A DNA stretch of 64,000 nt from Lingula anatina (Eukaryota > Animalia > Brachiopoda), in contig CM120645.1 of the NCBI GenBank assembly GCA_051362555.1, positions 14,136,001 through 14,200,000 of the forward strand, written 5' to 3'. A program made the translations under genes and the position numbers. Below, piece after piece: positions 10,901 to 24,100 of the stretch; positions within the stretch are counted from its first letter, which is position 1, and each line of letters opens with the position of its first letter. The notes under the pieces are model-generated. The model did no database searches. It had not been told where the DNA came from and worked only from the letters and a program-made list of their open reading frames with translations.

Positions 10901-13900
10901 TGCTATAAAAATCATGATATCACTTTGAGTTGCACATAAATGATTTTAACTATGTTTCAGTACACATACAACATTATTTGCAGTTGAACAGGTGATTATG
11001 TGCCTTCCACATCATTGATTTTTCAAAATATATGACCTCTGCATAAGGCAGCAATTAAAGACAAAATGAAGCATTTCAAAGGATAAAAAACAAATGTTTA
11101 AAAATCTTCACAACTTTATTACAAAAGCATACTGATACACTTACGAATGGTGCAGTGGTGGTTTTCTGTGGCAGGGACAATCCCATTCTTGGATTTGCCA
11201 CCACGTTCAGGTAGGTACCACGTACTGTTATTGTGGTGCCGCCGCTAGTACAGAAAAAGAAAAATGAAAAAATTCCTAGAGCTTTAAGGTTAGATGATGA
11301 AGATAATGAATTAAACTGTCAAGTTTGCTATTTATTTTCAAACAAATTATTTTTTTAATGAAACTTACCTTTAAGTTAATCATAAAATCATTCTTTCAGT
11401 TATTTTTTTAAAACAAATTAATATTCTTACAATCAAAAAGTGTTGATTATATGCCTTTTGAAGCATGTACAATACTTTGTCCTGGATGCTTTTGAATATT
11501 GAAACGATTCAGAAGAAAGGACACAACAAAACAAGAGAATTATGACAAATAAAATCAAAATTAATATCATTACAAACAATTTCTAGTATAATCATAAAAC
11601 ATTAAACTGACCACCAGTTTTAAAAAAACCAAAATCATGCTCCGAATCATGTTTTATCATATTCACCTTAAGGTACTTAATCTTGGTGAAATAGACGTTA
11701 TGGTCGGATCTTCTTTATAAGTATAGCGCAAGTTTCTATCACTCAACACAGCGCCATCTATGAAGACCTCAAGGCGGCCACTGCCAATGTCACGTTTTCT
11801 CCTCACCAGGTAGCGCCTGATGTACTTGTACATGACAGTCATGTTCCAAGCTGTGGTGGTGCACTTAATGCTATCTGACAGCGTGCTAAGATAAAAGATC
11901 CAATGCATTCTTATTAATTTATAAACTGGACATTACATGCAAATTTCATAGTAAATGGTTTTTAAAATAGGTTTTTTAAGCTTTTGTGTGCTTTTAATCT
12001 TACCATAATGTGAAATAAGCCCCACAAGACTTTAAAATGAAAAAGAAACTGACTTAATATCTTTCAAATTAATTTGACTAGCAAAGTAATGAAATTTTTA
12101 TTCATGGAAAAATGTTATTCTAAAGCTATGTGACAAAATTTACTACTGCAAAGATAACATGTCACATATATAACCAAAATACAAATATAAATGACAAAAC
12201 ACTCATAAAAAATTGACAAAGGAAATAAAATTTTTTTGAAGTTAATTTTGATACTTTGATCCTCTGTAATATTTCAAGCATTTCAACTGTCTTCGACATA
12301 TGGCATAAAATTAGTTATGAAAATGTACTTATATATTCATAAAATCATAGGACATGAAAATCTTTTATAAAGTAAAAAAGGCATCCTTTCCCAAAACAGC
12401 CAAAGCCCTGCATGCCTCCTTCTATGGAATAACACCAAAATCAGAACCATGAAAAACGTAGACTTCAGTTTGTCTTGACCAGTACCTGTGTATAACACAT
12501 GGCAGGTTTGCCACTGTGACCGCCTGCCGAGATCCTATGTTCAAATTCCTTCCCTTGATCAAAATATCGGTACCACCAGATTGGGGCCCATATTTGGGAG
12601 TAAGTGAGGAAACGGAAGGTTGCTAAACAAAACAACAGCAAAAGCGAGACTTTTACAACTAGGAATCGTTTCAATATTTTCTATGGTAAGCAGTGTAATT
12701 TTTTTTACTTCCATGTGTTAGAGTTGCAATTTTTATTTTAAAAGTAGATGGTATTTTTTTAATTTGTTTTTTTGTTTTAAGTGCTTTCATTTTTTGCATA
12801 TCTTCAGTGTCAGATGAGAAGGGAGTGTTTCAATCTTGTTACACTTTGGATAGTGAGAGCTTGTTAAAAGGGCAGGAATGAAATGTTAAAACAACCAAAA
12901 TGCAAAGGGGGTACAATTATGTACTGTCTCCTTTTTTTTTCTTTTTTGCTTTTAAAACTTTTTTATATCCAAAAAACAAACCTGAAGTGTTGATTATATG
13001 CCTTTTGAAGCATGTACAATACTTTGTCCTGGATGCTTTTGAATATTGAAACGATTCAGAAGAAAGGACACAACAAAACAAGAGAATTATGACAAATAAA
13101 ATCAAAATTAATATCATTACAAACAATTTCTAGTATAATCATAAAACATTAAACTGACCACCAGTTTTAAAAAAACCAAAACAATTCCTCAAAAGCAACA
13201 CAAGTAAAATAACTAAATTTAAATCTCCACTAAGATAGCCATGCAATTAGGGCATATCACAACAAATAATTAAATGCAGTTCAAATCATAAATTATAAAT
13301 CTGATAAACCACTTTGTAAGTATACATTGTTCATGTAAATTTGGTAAATAAGAGCCTAATTATTTAGGTGTCACATTAAAAATTCTGTGCAACTGTCTTC
13401 AGTGAACCCATATATACTTGCAAGCTTGTACATTTCAAATCTTTAATTTCTGTTAGGTTTTTTTGTCTTATGTTTACTATTCAATTCCAAGTAAATATGC
13501 ATATCCAACTGGAAAAAAAGCAGAGTTGAATGGGGGCATACTCAATGTGGAACCCAATGAATAGGTGCTGTCAGCATTGCTTCACATCAAAGTCTAAAGA
13601 CAGTTTGTTTAAATACAAAAATGCCTCCCCCTGCCCCCAAGAATTTTTTTTTCATGAATGATATAAAACTTCTGAACAGAAAGATTTACAAATATTAACA
13701 ACATACTTACAAGGTTATGGGCACTATGACAGTAATGTAAATTTAAGTCTAATTACACCTCACACAGGTCTTACCTTGTATGCAAAGACATGCTGCGAAC
13801 GCGCCTGGCCTTCGATCAGATACTTGACAATTGTCTTTGTTCTATCAACAACTCGAACATACACTTCTCTATCTATTTCTCCTTTGGCCGAGACACCAGT

Positions 13901-15216
13901 GGTGCACAGAATTCTGGGGAAAAAAACAGAATTCAGAGATACATTTTGATTTCTTCCACTAAATTGATGCTTTCGATTGCAGATGTATGTATGTACACTA
14001 TCAGTATGTGTAAGTTGATCTAACTCTGCAGGGACTCTTGCTAAGTGCAATCAGCTTGACTGAATGACATCCCTCCTCTTGTTTACAATGTACTTGAACA
14101 ATCACCAGCTCTCCTGTATTTTACTTAACCACAGGAAGAGGCACGCACTCAGCAAAAATCTTTGTGGAGTTGGATCAATCTATGTAGAGATAATGTGTCT
14201 ATGGGAATGGGGTCTAAGACAGATTATCAAAAAAAAAAAATCAGAGGCCTCTGCAAACTCTCCTCTTTCATCAGCATGCCTCTGCCATTATCTTTAATTA
14301 TAATTTCACCAATTCACAGGCGATGGCCGAGAAATATTGATAAAAGAGCTCAGACATTCCAGTGACCTTTGACCCCAAGGTTGCAAGTTTCCCCTCACCT
14401 TGAGGAATCCTTGTAAGTGACATTACACGTTGTGTCGGCAATCTTCACTTCCACCACTGCCTGGCTCTGATTGGAGCCAAAATCCCGCCCCTGTATGGTC
14501 ATTTGTGTACCACCTTGGACAGGTCCAGTTTGTGGGGTGACCTGTGGAGTGGACATTTTTTATCAATGATTAATTGTCCATAAAAAAAATCAACCCACCT
14601 GGCAATTTTTCTCCATGATAGAAAGTCAAAGAAGACAAACTTTCAATATGGCATTAAATCTCACAAATATGTTTTACCATGTATTTTTTACAAGTAATTC
14701 ATGTTTTCATTTTACATGCTTGGTAAGGGTCAATGTCATGCTAAAAGAGCGGATGAGAAGGTGCAATGCTTGTATAATGATTCAATAAAACAACTGACAA
14801 AAAAAAAAAAAAAAAAAAAAAAAAAACAGAAAAAAAACAAAGGATTCAAAAGATAAATTAAATTCTATGTAATAACCCACATTGTAAAATTGTCACCATA
14901 ATGAAACATGCAGGTGAAATGTTTTAAAATTTTAAAATTATTACTATGAGCAATTTTCTGATTAAGATATCAAATGTTCTTACAGAATAGATGAGCGGTG
15001 CACAGCTATCCTTGGTCCATCTCTTGAAGCACTCTTGCCTCATCTTGCACTCGCCTTGCCCCAATTCGTTGGCACACCACCCACAATTCAGAGGATCTGA
15101 AGCTGTCACGCATTCTGAACATTCGTTGTACACCTTACAAGACTCTAGGGGGAATTTTGTGATCTGGAAAATAACAGGAGCAATCAGATTTAATATATGA
15201 TTGATTTATTTATACC

Positions 15217-15259
<43 letters not shown>

Positions 15260-18076
15260 GGATAGGAAGGGACATTGTCCAAGGAGAAAATCAAATCTAT
15301 TTTCCTTTAAACAGCTGAACCTGAAAAACATTAATCAATATATGGCATTAATATAAAGGATTTAAGTGGGTGACACAAGATAAGTATCAAGCATTCAAGT
15401 CCAACATAATGAAAACAAGTCCCTATAGATGGCAGCACAATATAAACTATTCCATACAGTCCCAATACCAAGTTTGTTGCTACATATGAACAGTACCTAC
15501 TACTGTACAGATATTGTGTCCTTACACTGCAGTTTACCATGTTACAAGTATACAATATGATAAATATTAAAGTTTAAGACAGCCAGTGTTAGTTTTGACT
15601 TAATGCAACCCACATTCACTGCCAAATGCAATAAGGACATAGGACCAAAGCAATAATTTTCCATTCTACATTCTTTCTCTGACATTCTGACAGGTCTTGC
15701 CTTATGCCTGGGACAACTTCAAAGAAAATATCTGGGCCAGTCACACCACACCCATGATGAATTCAAATAGTGCAATTATAAGAGACTTCCTTGTATAAAA
15801 ACCTAACCAGGGACAAACATAAACATAAAAATATGTTCAAACACAGGCTACTGTGTGGAGATGGCTGATGGAAAAATGTTGACCTTCCCTATAAAATGAG
15901 CTGAAATCTATCTTTTTTAATGTAATTTCCACATGCATCATCAGACACAAAAATGGGAGTAAGTCCAATGATATCTGCTATCCTAATTTGATAAAATAAA
16001 CATAAATAACAATGTACAAAATCCTTAAAAATGAAGACAAAAAATGTTTTTGCCCATATTACTGCCTAGTCAGTGATAGCCTACATAAAACCTTATTAAA
16101 ACATCGAAAATGATAAGTCCTATTTTGTTCAATCTATCTATGCCCCCAACACTAAGATATGCATGTGACTTCAAGTCAGTGGTAAAATGGGACAATGAGA
16201 AGGAAATTAGGAGGGTGAAAAAAAATGAAAAAAAAAAGAAAAAATTCTAACATGTACACTATGGAGCCTAAAAGCAGTAGGTGTCACAAACCACCTGACC
16301 CTTATCTTCCATGGCTGCTCCAGTGCACTCTAATTCACAATTTTGGGAAACTTTACAAACAGGATTGCTTGTGGTTAATATCTTTTTGTATTATCACCCA
16401 AAGTGGTCTAGATTTAAGGGTTAACCACCCCCAAAAAGACACTCCCATTTTCTCCGCCATTGCCACGCAATTCATGAAAGCCCACTTATCACAAACATAT
16501 GGAAATAGAGCCAGTTTAAATCGGTGAAATTTCATCAACATTAAAACATCAACATAAAAATCACCAATTTTATCTTCAACAACAAAAATACCAAATACTA
16601 AAATATATTTCATCTATAAATAAGATTTCGTTTGGATTGGGATTGATAATTATCCCTGTCACATCTTGTTGCTTGTCAATTCTACAAAATCAAACTTTAA
16701 AATACATGATTTTATTATCACAAAATTATATTTTCAAATAGCATTTATGGTGCTTTTACTGCACAGAATAGATCTAAAGAGTAGCCTTTTTTAAAAATTT
16801 TGTTGCTACCACTCAAAGTTCTAAATTTAAGAAATTATAACTTAAAATACGGTATCTTTGAAATAACAATTCCTACCATTGAAAACACCAAGTATAATCA
16901 CAGAATATCTCTATAAGGATGATGCAGGGTATGTAGACACAGGAGATCTGACTTGGGGAAATTTTAAAACACACAATTAGCATACTTTAAATACACGAAT
17001 TAGTTTTGGCTGTTAGTGCTCATTTGGTGTGTAACTCTAGCAGGGAGGACAAAATGACATCATGTTTTGGGGGCAGTTGTGTTTCAAATTTATGTGTTCA
17101 AGTGGCAAGGGCGTATTTCCTTAATTCTTGGCAAAGAGTGAGATGAAATATTTTCGTTAGCAAATGTTCTTTCGTAACAAAATGACTTTTTTATATCCTT
17201 TGCTTCAATGTCGATCAAACGTCTTCTTTCATTGGCATTTAATGGAGGTGACAATTACCCCGAGTATCAAGGAAGTCAAACAGAGCTAGATCAGCATCAC
17301 CATGAAAACTGCTACTCCATCATCCTCAGGCCACATAAATAATATTTGCCATACTATGCTAGCACAAACCTTAGATTTGGGAGTAAAAATGTCCAAATTA
17401 ACAACTCAAGACACGAATTAAGTACCCCAATGTGAAATTAGTAGGCACCAACACAGCACCAGAGTGGTTTCTGTGTCCTAATTATAATGATGTGCTCATG
17501 GCTACTAATTTTGTGTTCAGGTACTTAATTTGTGGCTTGAGTCATAAATTTGGTCACAAATCTGAGGCCCAAGTTCGCAAACTCCTAATCCATTTTTAAG
17601 GCCTGATCCTTAACACAGGGATGGGTTTGCAAATGTTTCTTCATAGCCAAAATTTCAATTTTATTCTGTCATTCTATCATTGTACAACTAGTGTCAAGTC
17701 AAATAGAAAGTAGCAGTGACAACTGGCAATTGGTGCTGAAAACAATTCTCTTGCAATTAACTTCTAGACACTGGTGTCAATATGCATTACGGAAACATAA
17801 CTGGCACTTTTAACAGCCAATTCAGCTGACAAATCTGATTAAAAATTATTCTAAATTCTAGTTTAACCTAGTCTCTCACTGAAACTGGTGCAAAAATCAG
17901 AAGTGGTGGTTGTTCACATAATAAGACACAACTTTATAAAAGATCTCTAATGAGCATGCGTCGGAATCTCAGGTTTTCCGTGAAACACTTATGCATTTAC
18001 TTGATAGTATAGAACATTGTAAAGTTATTTATTAAAGACCCTTCAGTAACCAATAATTTAGCATATAAAGTCAGAA

Positions 18077-18141
<65 letters not shown>

Positions 18142-21100
18142 CAGAAATGAATAAGTAAATTATTATACAGGGACTATACAGGGACAGAAGGGGGTTTTGA
18201 GGGGGAGGGGGGGGGGGGGGCAAATTAAATCTCAAGTCTGTTATATGCATCAATGTAGCTACCAAATAATGTACACCACAGGAAATCTGGGCCATAAACA
18301 AACCAAAGTACACTATAATAGCAGGCACCCACACAAGACTGTATGCAACCAATTAATAACAGAGCAATTGTAGAAATTTATCTACTCCCACTATTTCCCC
18401 TTTTTTCCTTCAAATAAATAATGTTCAAACTTAATTAAAGCCCCAAGCTTGTTTTTAAGGCATCTACGAAACTCAGAGCAGCATGTCTGGTTGTAATATA
18501 TAACAGTAAATCAGTGTTTTGGCAAAAAAACTTCCCATATAATTTTGGCAGCCATTTTATTTCCTAATCTCATTTCCTGGGCTCATGCAATGAGTGTTTT
18601 CTTGATAACAAATTTTCAGTAGAATTTTTGTTCTGGCTTAACTAAATCAAGACATAAAACTGACCCCTAAAGTTTTTTAAAATTAATTTTACCGTTAGTG
18701 ACTTAAGGGATAATGTGATTGTTTCTGAGCTTCTTTCAGGCAAGGATAACTTGACAATAACAGGATAGATTACCAGAGCCCAGCTCAGTCCAGTATCCAC
18801 TATAGGTCTTGAATAATTTACTTGAAATCATTTGACTTCAGACATATTTTCAATGTAGCTACACCAATACATTTTTTAAGTGAAACAAGTTACCTTCTGT
18901 AAATATTTATTTTATATGGTGAATGCTTCATATTCTTTTCAGTATGTTAAACTTTTTCCTTCGTTTTTTGTTGTTTATTTTCTTTTTTATATCCATCAAA
19001 GCTATCACAATTTATGAATAAATCTGGTTTAGTGCCAGCAGGATTTGGTGGATGAAAACGTTAACAAAAGGATATCCCTGCGTCGTTTTACAGACCACTG
19101 ATCTTATAAGAGATCACACAAAACATGAACAACTGCCAAAGTGCCTAGATCCCTTCAGCTAGCTCATTTTTTATTTTGGATGCATTCTCATGGGGAATAA
19201 ATATATTTTCTAGTTTCCACGTGATTTAACTGTATTGATCATAAAGTTGCCAGCCAAGCAGCACCCCACCTAATGAACAACTGAAAATACCTTCTTCCTT
19301 CTTCAGCTAGTTCCAGGGACCAGTTTAACAAAATAACCTTTTCTCGTAAATAGGTCTAAACTTTTACTTCAGTTCATGTTTAAAGTCACAGCATTTCACT
19401 ATCAAAATTACTGATCAGAAACAATTGGCATGTCTTTTTTTTTTTCTGTTATAAAGAAAGGCCCAATATTCCACTTAATAGGACTACTTGTATCACCAAT
19501 TTTCTTGGGGTCACAGTGGACATTTTGGTCTAAAAATTTAGATCAATTTTCAGGCTTAGGTTGATTACAGGTACATTGCACTTTTTATTGCAGAGATCAC
19601 ACCTCCATCAACTGTCTTTTATCTGACGTTACAGCAACTTTGGTGACAACAACAGTCAAAAGAAGCCCTTGTCTGAACCGACTGTACTGTTTTCTCAAAA
19701 GCTGTCACATGTTTACCCAGCCTTCACATGCAATGTCGCCTCACCACAGAGACACCCATTTGTACTTGATCGAAATAAAAATCATTTCTAATTGCACAAT
19801 AATTCTGAGGCTGAAACCTGATACTGATAATTCCCTCTTACCCATTGTTGGCGACCCCAGCGGTCTCTTAAAGTTGCACGACCCTGAAAATAAGGTCAGC
19901 GGCAAATTTTCCACATCCTCAACCCTTAACAAGAAGTTTAATTGAAGAAATAAGAGTTTATCATGAGAACTCTTTTTGGGCCAAGGAAATTGTTCTCAAA
20001 AGTGAAGTAGCAACAGTTTAAAGAAGATACCACACATAGCTGAATAAAGCTTCCCTGACTCTTATAATAGCGTATAAGTGAACCACCTTGTGTTCAATTT
20101 TAAAATTCAAGTTGCAAAACTGACAAAAACTCGGCTACTCTTTGTTTCCTTCTCAAGCAAAGTTCTTTTCTTAATCTTTTTTTTTTTTTTTTTGCCAAAT
20201 CTGTTTGAGCTAACACAAGTCTACAAAGCCTTCATAACTGATAAAACTTGAAAAAAATCATTTCCATCATTTTTATTTGCTTATTGCGTACTTCCTTTTA
20301 ATTTTTTCTTGCTGGCATCAAATAACTTGTATGTCAAGAGACTACAATCTATCAAAAACAAACAAACAAAAATCCCATAAATTAAATTATAAGCATAAAA
20401 AAGTTTCATCATATTTTTAATCCAAGTAGAAGGAAATATCCAGACTCATTTTCAAAAATCAAAGCCAACAAAACTTTTGAGCAGACTGAGCTTATTTTAC
20501 TGACTCTTGGTTTATTTCCTCTGTTTATTTTTTATACTGTTTGTATATGTCATAATACCCATACATATTTTATGGGTGGGGGTGGGGGATTATGGTGAAG
20601 TCTGAAAGACCCATGTATACAAGCTCTATAAGGAGCGGGGGTCAGGGAAGGGAAGTTTAAAAACCACCCTTTTGGCCAGAAAAAAAGGTTGACTTGATCT
20701 AGATTTTATACCATTTCTTTAGCTGGGTCAACTTAAGGGGTATAAACAAGGTCAAGTTTTTTTTTTTTTTTTTTCCAGAAAGAGATCCCCCCCCCCCCCC
20801 CTCCATTGACTACAGGCCTACGTTTTTTTTTTTTTTTTCAGCACATAGTCTTTAATCATCCAGGGGTCCCAGGTAACCGTTGAATGGTCCAGCAGGTATT
20901 GAAGTGGTCTGTACCTGTGAACAGTGTATCCAGGTGTTAAAGAGGTGTCCAACTGACCATGATGACCAAAGGGACAGCCAAGTGGAACTGCAGGTGATTA
21001 AGAGGAGATTAACTGGTCACAGACCAAGGGTCAACCACCCAACAGGTGTGGCGGGCAATGTGACCCTGGACTCAAGTTTTTCCACCCTGTATTATGAAGA

Positions 21101-24100
21101 TAAGAACTTGACACAACTTAAAATGTCTTGGCATATCAATCATAACTAACCCAGAGAGTGGCTGTTCATTGCATTACTTTCTATGATATATAATTTCAAT
21201 ATAATTTCACATGGCAGGCCTGTAGCCAGGGGGGATTGGAAAGAACCCCCATTTTTTTGCTCAGAAAAAGGTCCCCTTTCGGTAAAATTTCATCTAGGTA
21301 CACAAAGATTTCATGAGAAAAGGTCCACTTTTTCAGAAAAAGAACCCCCCTTTTGAAATTGCTGGCTACGGGCCTGAAAGTGTTTATAAGATTCTTTTCT
21401 GGTGGGAAATGGATCCACAGCAGTATTTCATATAGGACCTCTATATCAGTGCCTCTCCAACCCACTCTGTCTCTTTCTTAAAACCCCTTTCACCTCAATG
21501 CATTACATAATACCTTCTCCCACTGAACACCTGGGCAAAACAGTAGCAGCATCGCATCACGATTTAATGTGTTCATCGCCTTCCCAGGTCAGACAGAACC
21601 CACTGAACCAGGGTGAAAAAAAAAGACCAGCGCTTATTAACTCCCAAATCCTGTCAATCAAAAATTGAGTGGAAAATAGTCCTGAATGAAGAGGGCAAAA
21701 TTGAAGTCAATAGCTCCCCCTTTGTATAGCGTCATAATGGGGTACATCCACCTTGCGTTACCTGACCGCCATGTATTATTTCTCTGGGCCATTAAGTTAC
21801 TAAGCTGTGGGAAAACCCAAAAGAGGCTTGGGAATTAAGTTCCAGATTTTAGATGAAATTACTCGGCTGGAGAGTCTGCGGTTTCGTGATCTATGGGTAA
21901 AGGACTTATCGAGGGAAAAGCTGCTTAGAATGTGCCTTCAAAAGGCTTGCTACACTTAGAACATTTAACATTTCAACCTTCATCACTGGAATAATCATGA
22001 GCGATACCAAATTTTATCAAACCCTAACTCTACCAACAGTCTGCAAAAGTCAAATCTAATGTGTGTGCCAGAAGGGCAATAGAAACCCAGATTATCTGTT
22101 GAAAAATATCTTCATTCAACAATACAAACACAGAGATAAAGTGACCTAAATCAATTGGCATTTTCCCTTCTGCATATGTAGTTCAACTGATAAAATTGCA
22201 ATCTGCTGTTACAGTAGTGCATTCAGTTTTTTTTTTTAGGTAAACATTTGTAAGGTAAGATATGTCTGAATTTGTAAATTTTCTATCCATCAAGTATTTA
22301 CAAGTATTTATTAAAGTGATGCCAAAGGGTTAAAATGAATGAACATGCTTCATCATCATCATCATCTGCATTGGGATCAAAATGTCAAAACCTTCGGAAA
22401 AAAATAAAATCCTGTCGCTTTGCCCTAAAACAATAGCCCAGTTCCCAGCAAACCCACCAAGTGGCCAGCCAGACTTGCCAGAATCAGCCCACTGGGCACA
22501 AATTGACCATTGGGAGCTCCTGCTGGATGGCCATCTCCCATTACCACAAGAATATATCACGCCAGTTAGCATGCCAGACAGGAGATGAGGGCTTGATTGG
22601 TTAATTAATTCTTCACAGGGGAGTTCTCAGCTGTAACAAATATCCCTTTCATTCCTACAGGTAGCAGTGATTATATTGCACAAGTTCCAGAAGCAGCTGT
22701 GGTGCCTTTTTTCCGTTTGTTTAGGACATTAAGACATGCTGTATTCGTTCATTTTCACATTTGAAACGTTTATCACTTTTTTCTGCTTGTTATTTCCTCT
22801 TGTTTACGGTTTTATTCTGTTTGGGCACACATTGTTTATTAATTTTCATTCTTTGAAGGCTGATAATTGTACCTGTTTGAAATGCTCACTTTTATAATTG
22901 GAAACACTTTTAACTTCACGAAGTAATTTTTGTGCCATGTTATGAATTTAAAAATGGCCCACTTTCTACTACTTTAAATTTTTTTAACTAATATGCCAAT
23001 GGTCAATGCACATTCTAGAATAATGAAATTATGGCCACAAACACATAAATATGCCATCCAACCCATTTCAACTTTTTCAGTGCATATTCAGTGTTTTTCT
23101 TTAAAGCTGCACTACTATTATAATCCAAAATATTATCAACACCAACATACACATTTGATTTTCTTGCTATCAGCAAAGTATTAACTTTTTCCCATATCAA
23201 TGAATTTAAGAATCAGTTTTCATTTTTATGCTGACCCAGACACCCGTTTGTCTGTGAAATCAACAGGTTGAATGCAGCACACCATGCAGTATCTATTGGT
23301 TTATCAATCTTAGACTTCCAATACAACAGTGCATTAATGCACCTTAATTGAAAGCACATTATAGGTATGAGCCAATTTCACTGTTAATCTTAACAGATTT
23401 CCAGGTTGTAATAACTCACACCCAGTGTCCCTCTTATATAGACGACATATTTTCTCGACATGTTTTCCTGCTGGTTAACAACAAACAATTGCATTATACC
23501 AACAACCACTGGCTATTTCTCTTAGACACATACATAAACATGGGGCCTTTAGGAAAAACATGTCACTTGTGTAATAGATTATGAAAAAGGTCGTTTCTCT
23601 TAGTGCCCTACATCGTGGAACACAAATATGTCAAATTAGTAATTGTTGATATACTAAGCAGTGCGCCGCTGGGTCGCATCTGGGATATCCCAGGCCTTTC
23701 CAAAAACCCCTACCATTAAGTTTGTTTTTACTTTTAATAAATTGGTTGACACATGGAAGCACTGAGTAAGTTCACAAAATAGTTTTCCAATAGGGCTTGG
23801 TCATTATCATCTTTTTTTTTTTCAAAATAATGAAATTCACATCCGTTTCACCAGTTACGAGTTTAACATGTGGTCAACTCGACTCAAGGATGTTATCTCT
23901 GCACTGTCGGTCAGTTTGTCTGTAAACTGAATAGCAAGTGACAGCAGCAGCTCACGCTTGGACAACACCTAATGAAGCAAGGTTACTCTCTCTTCCTTGA
24001 CCAGTACTTGATAAACAGCCTGATAGTTCACTAAAAGCATATCACCATCAATCGGGACTTTAGAGCACCCATATATATACAGATTTTCTTCAGCATTCTA

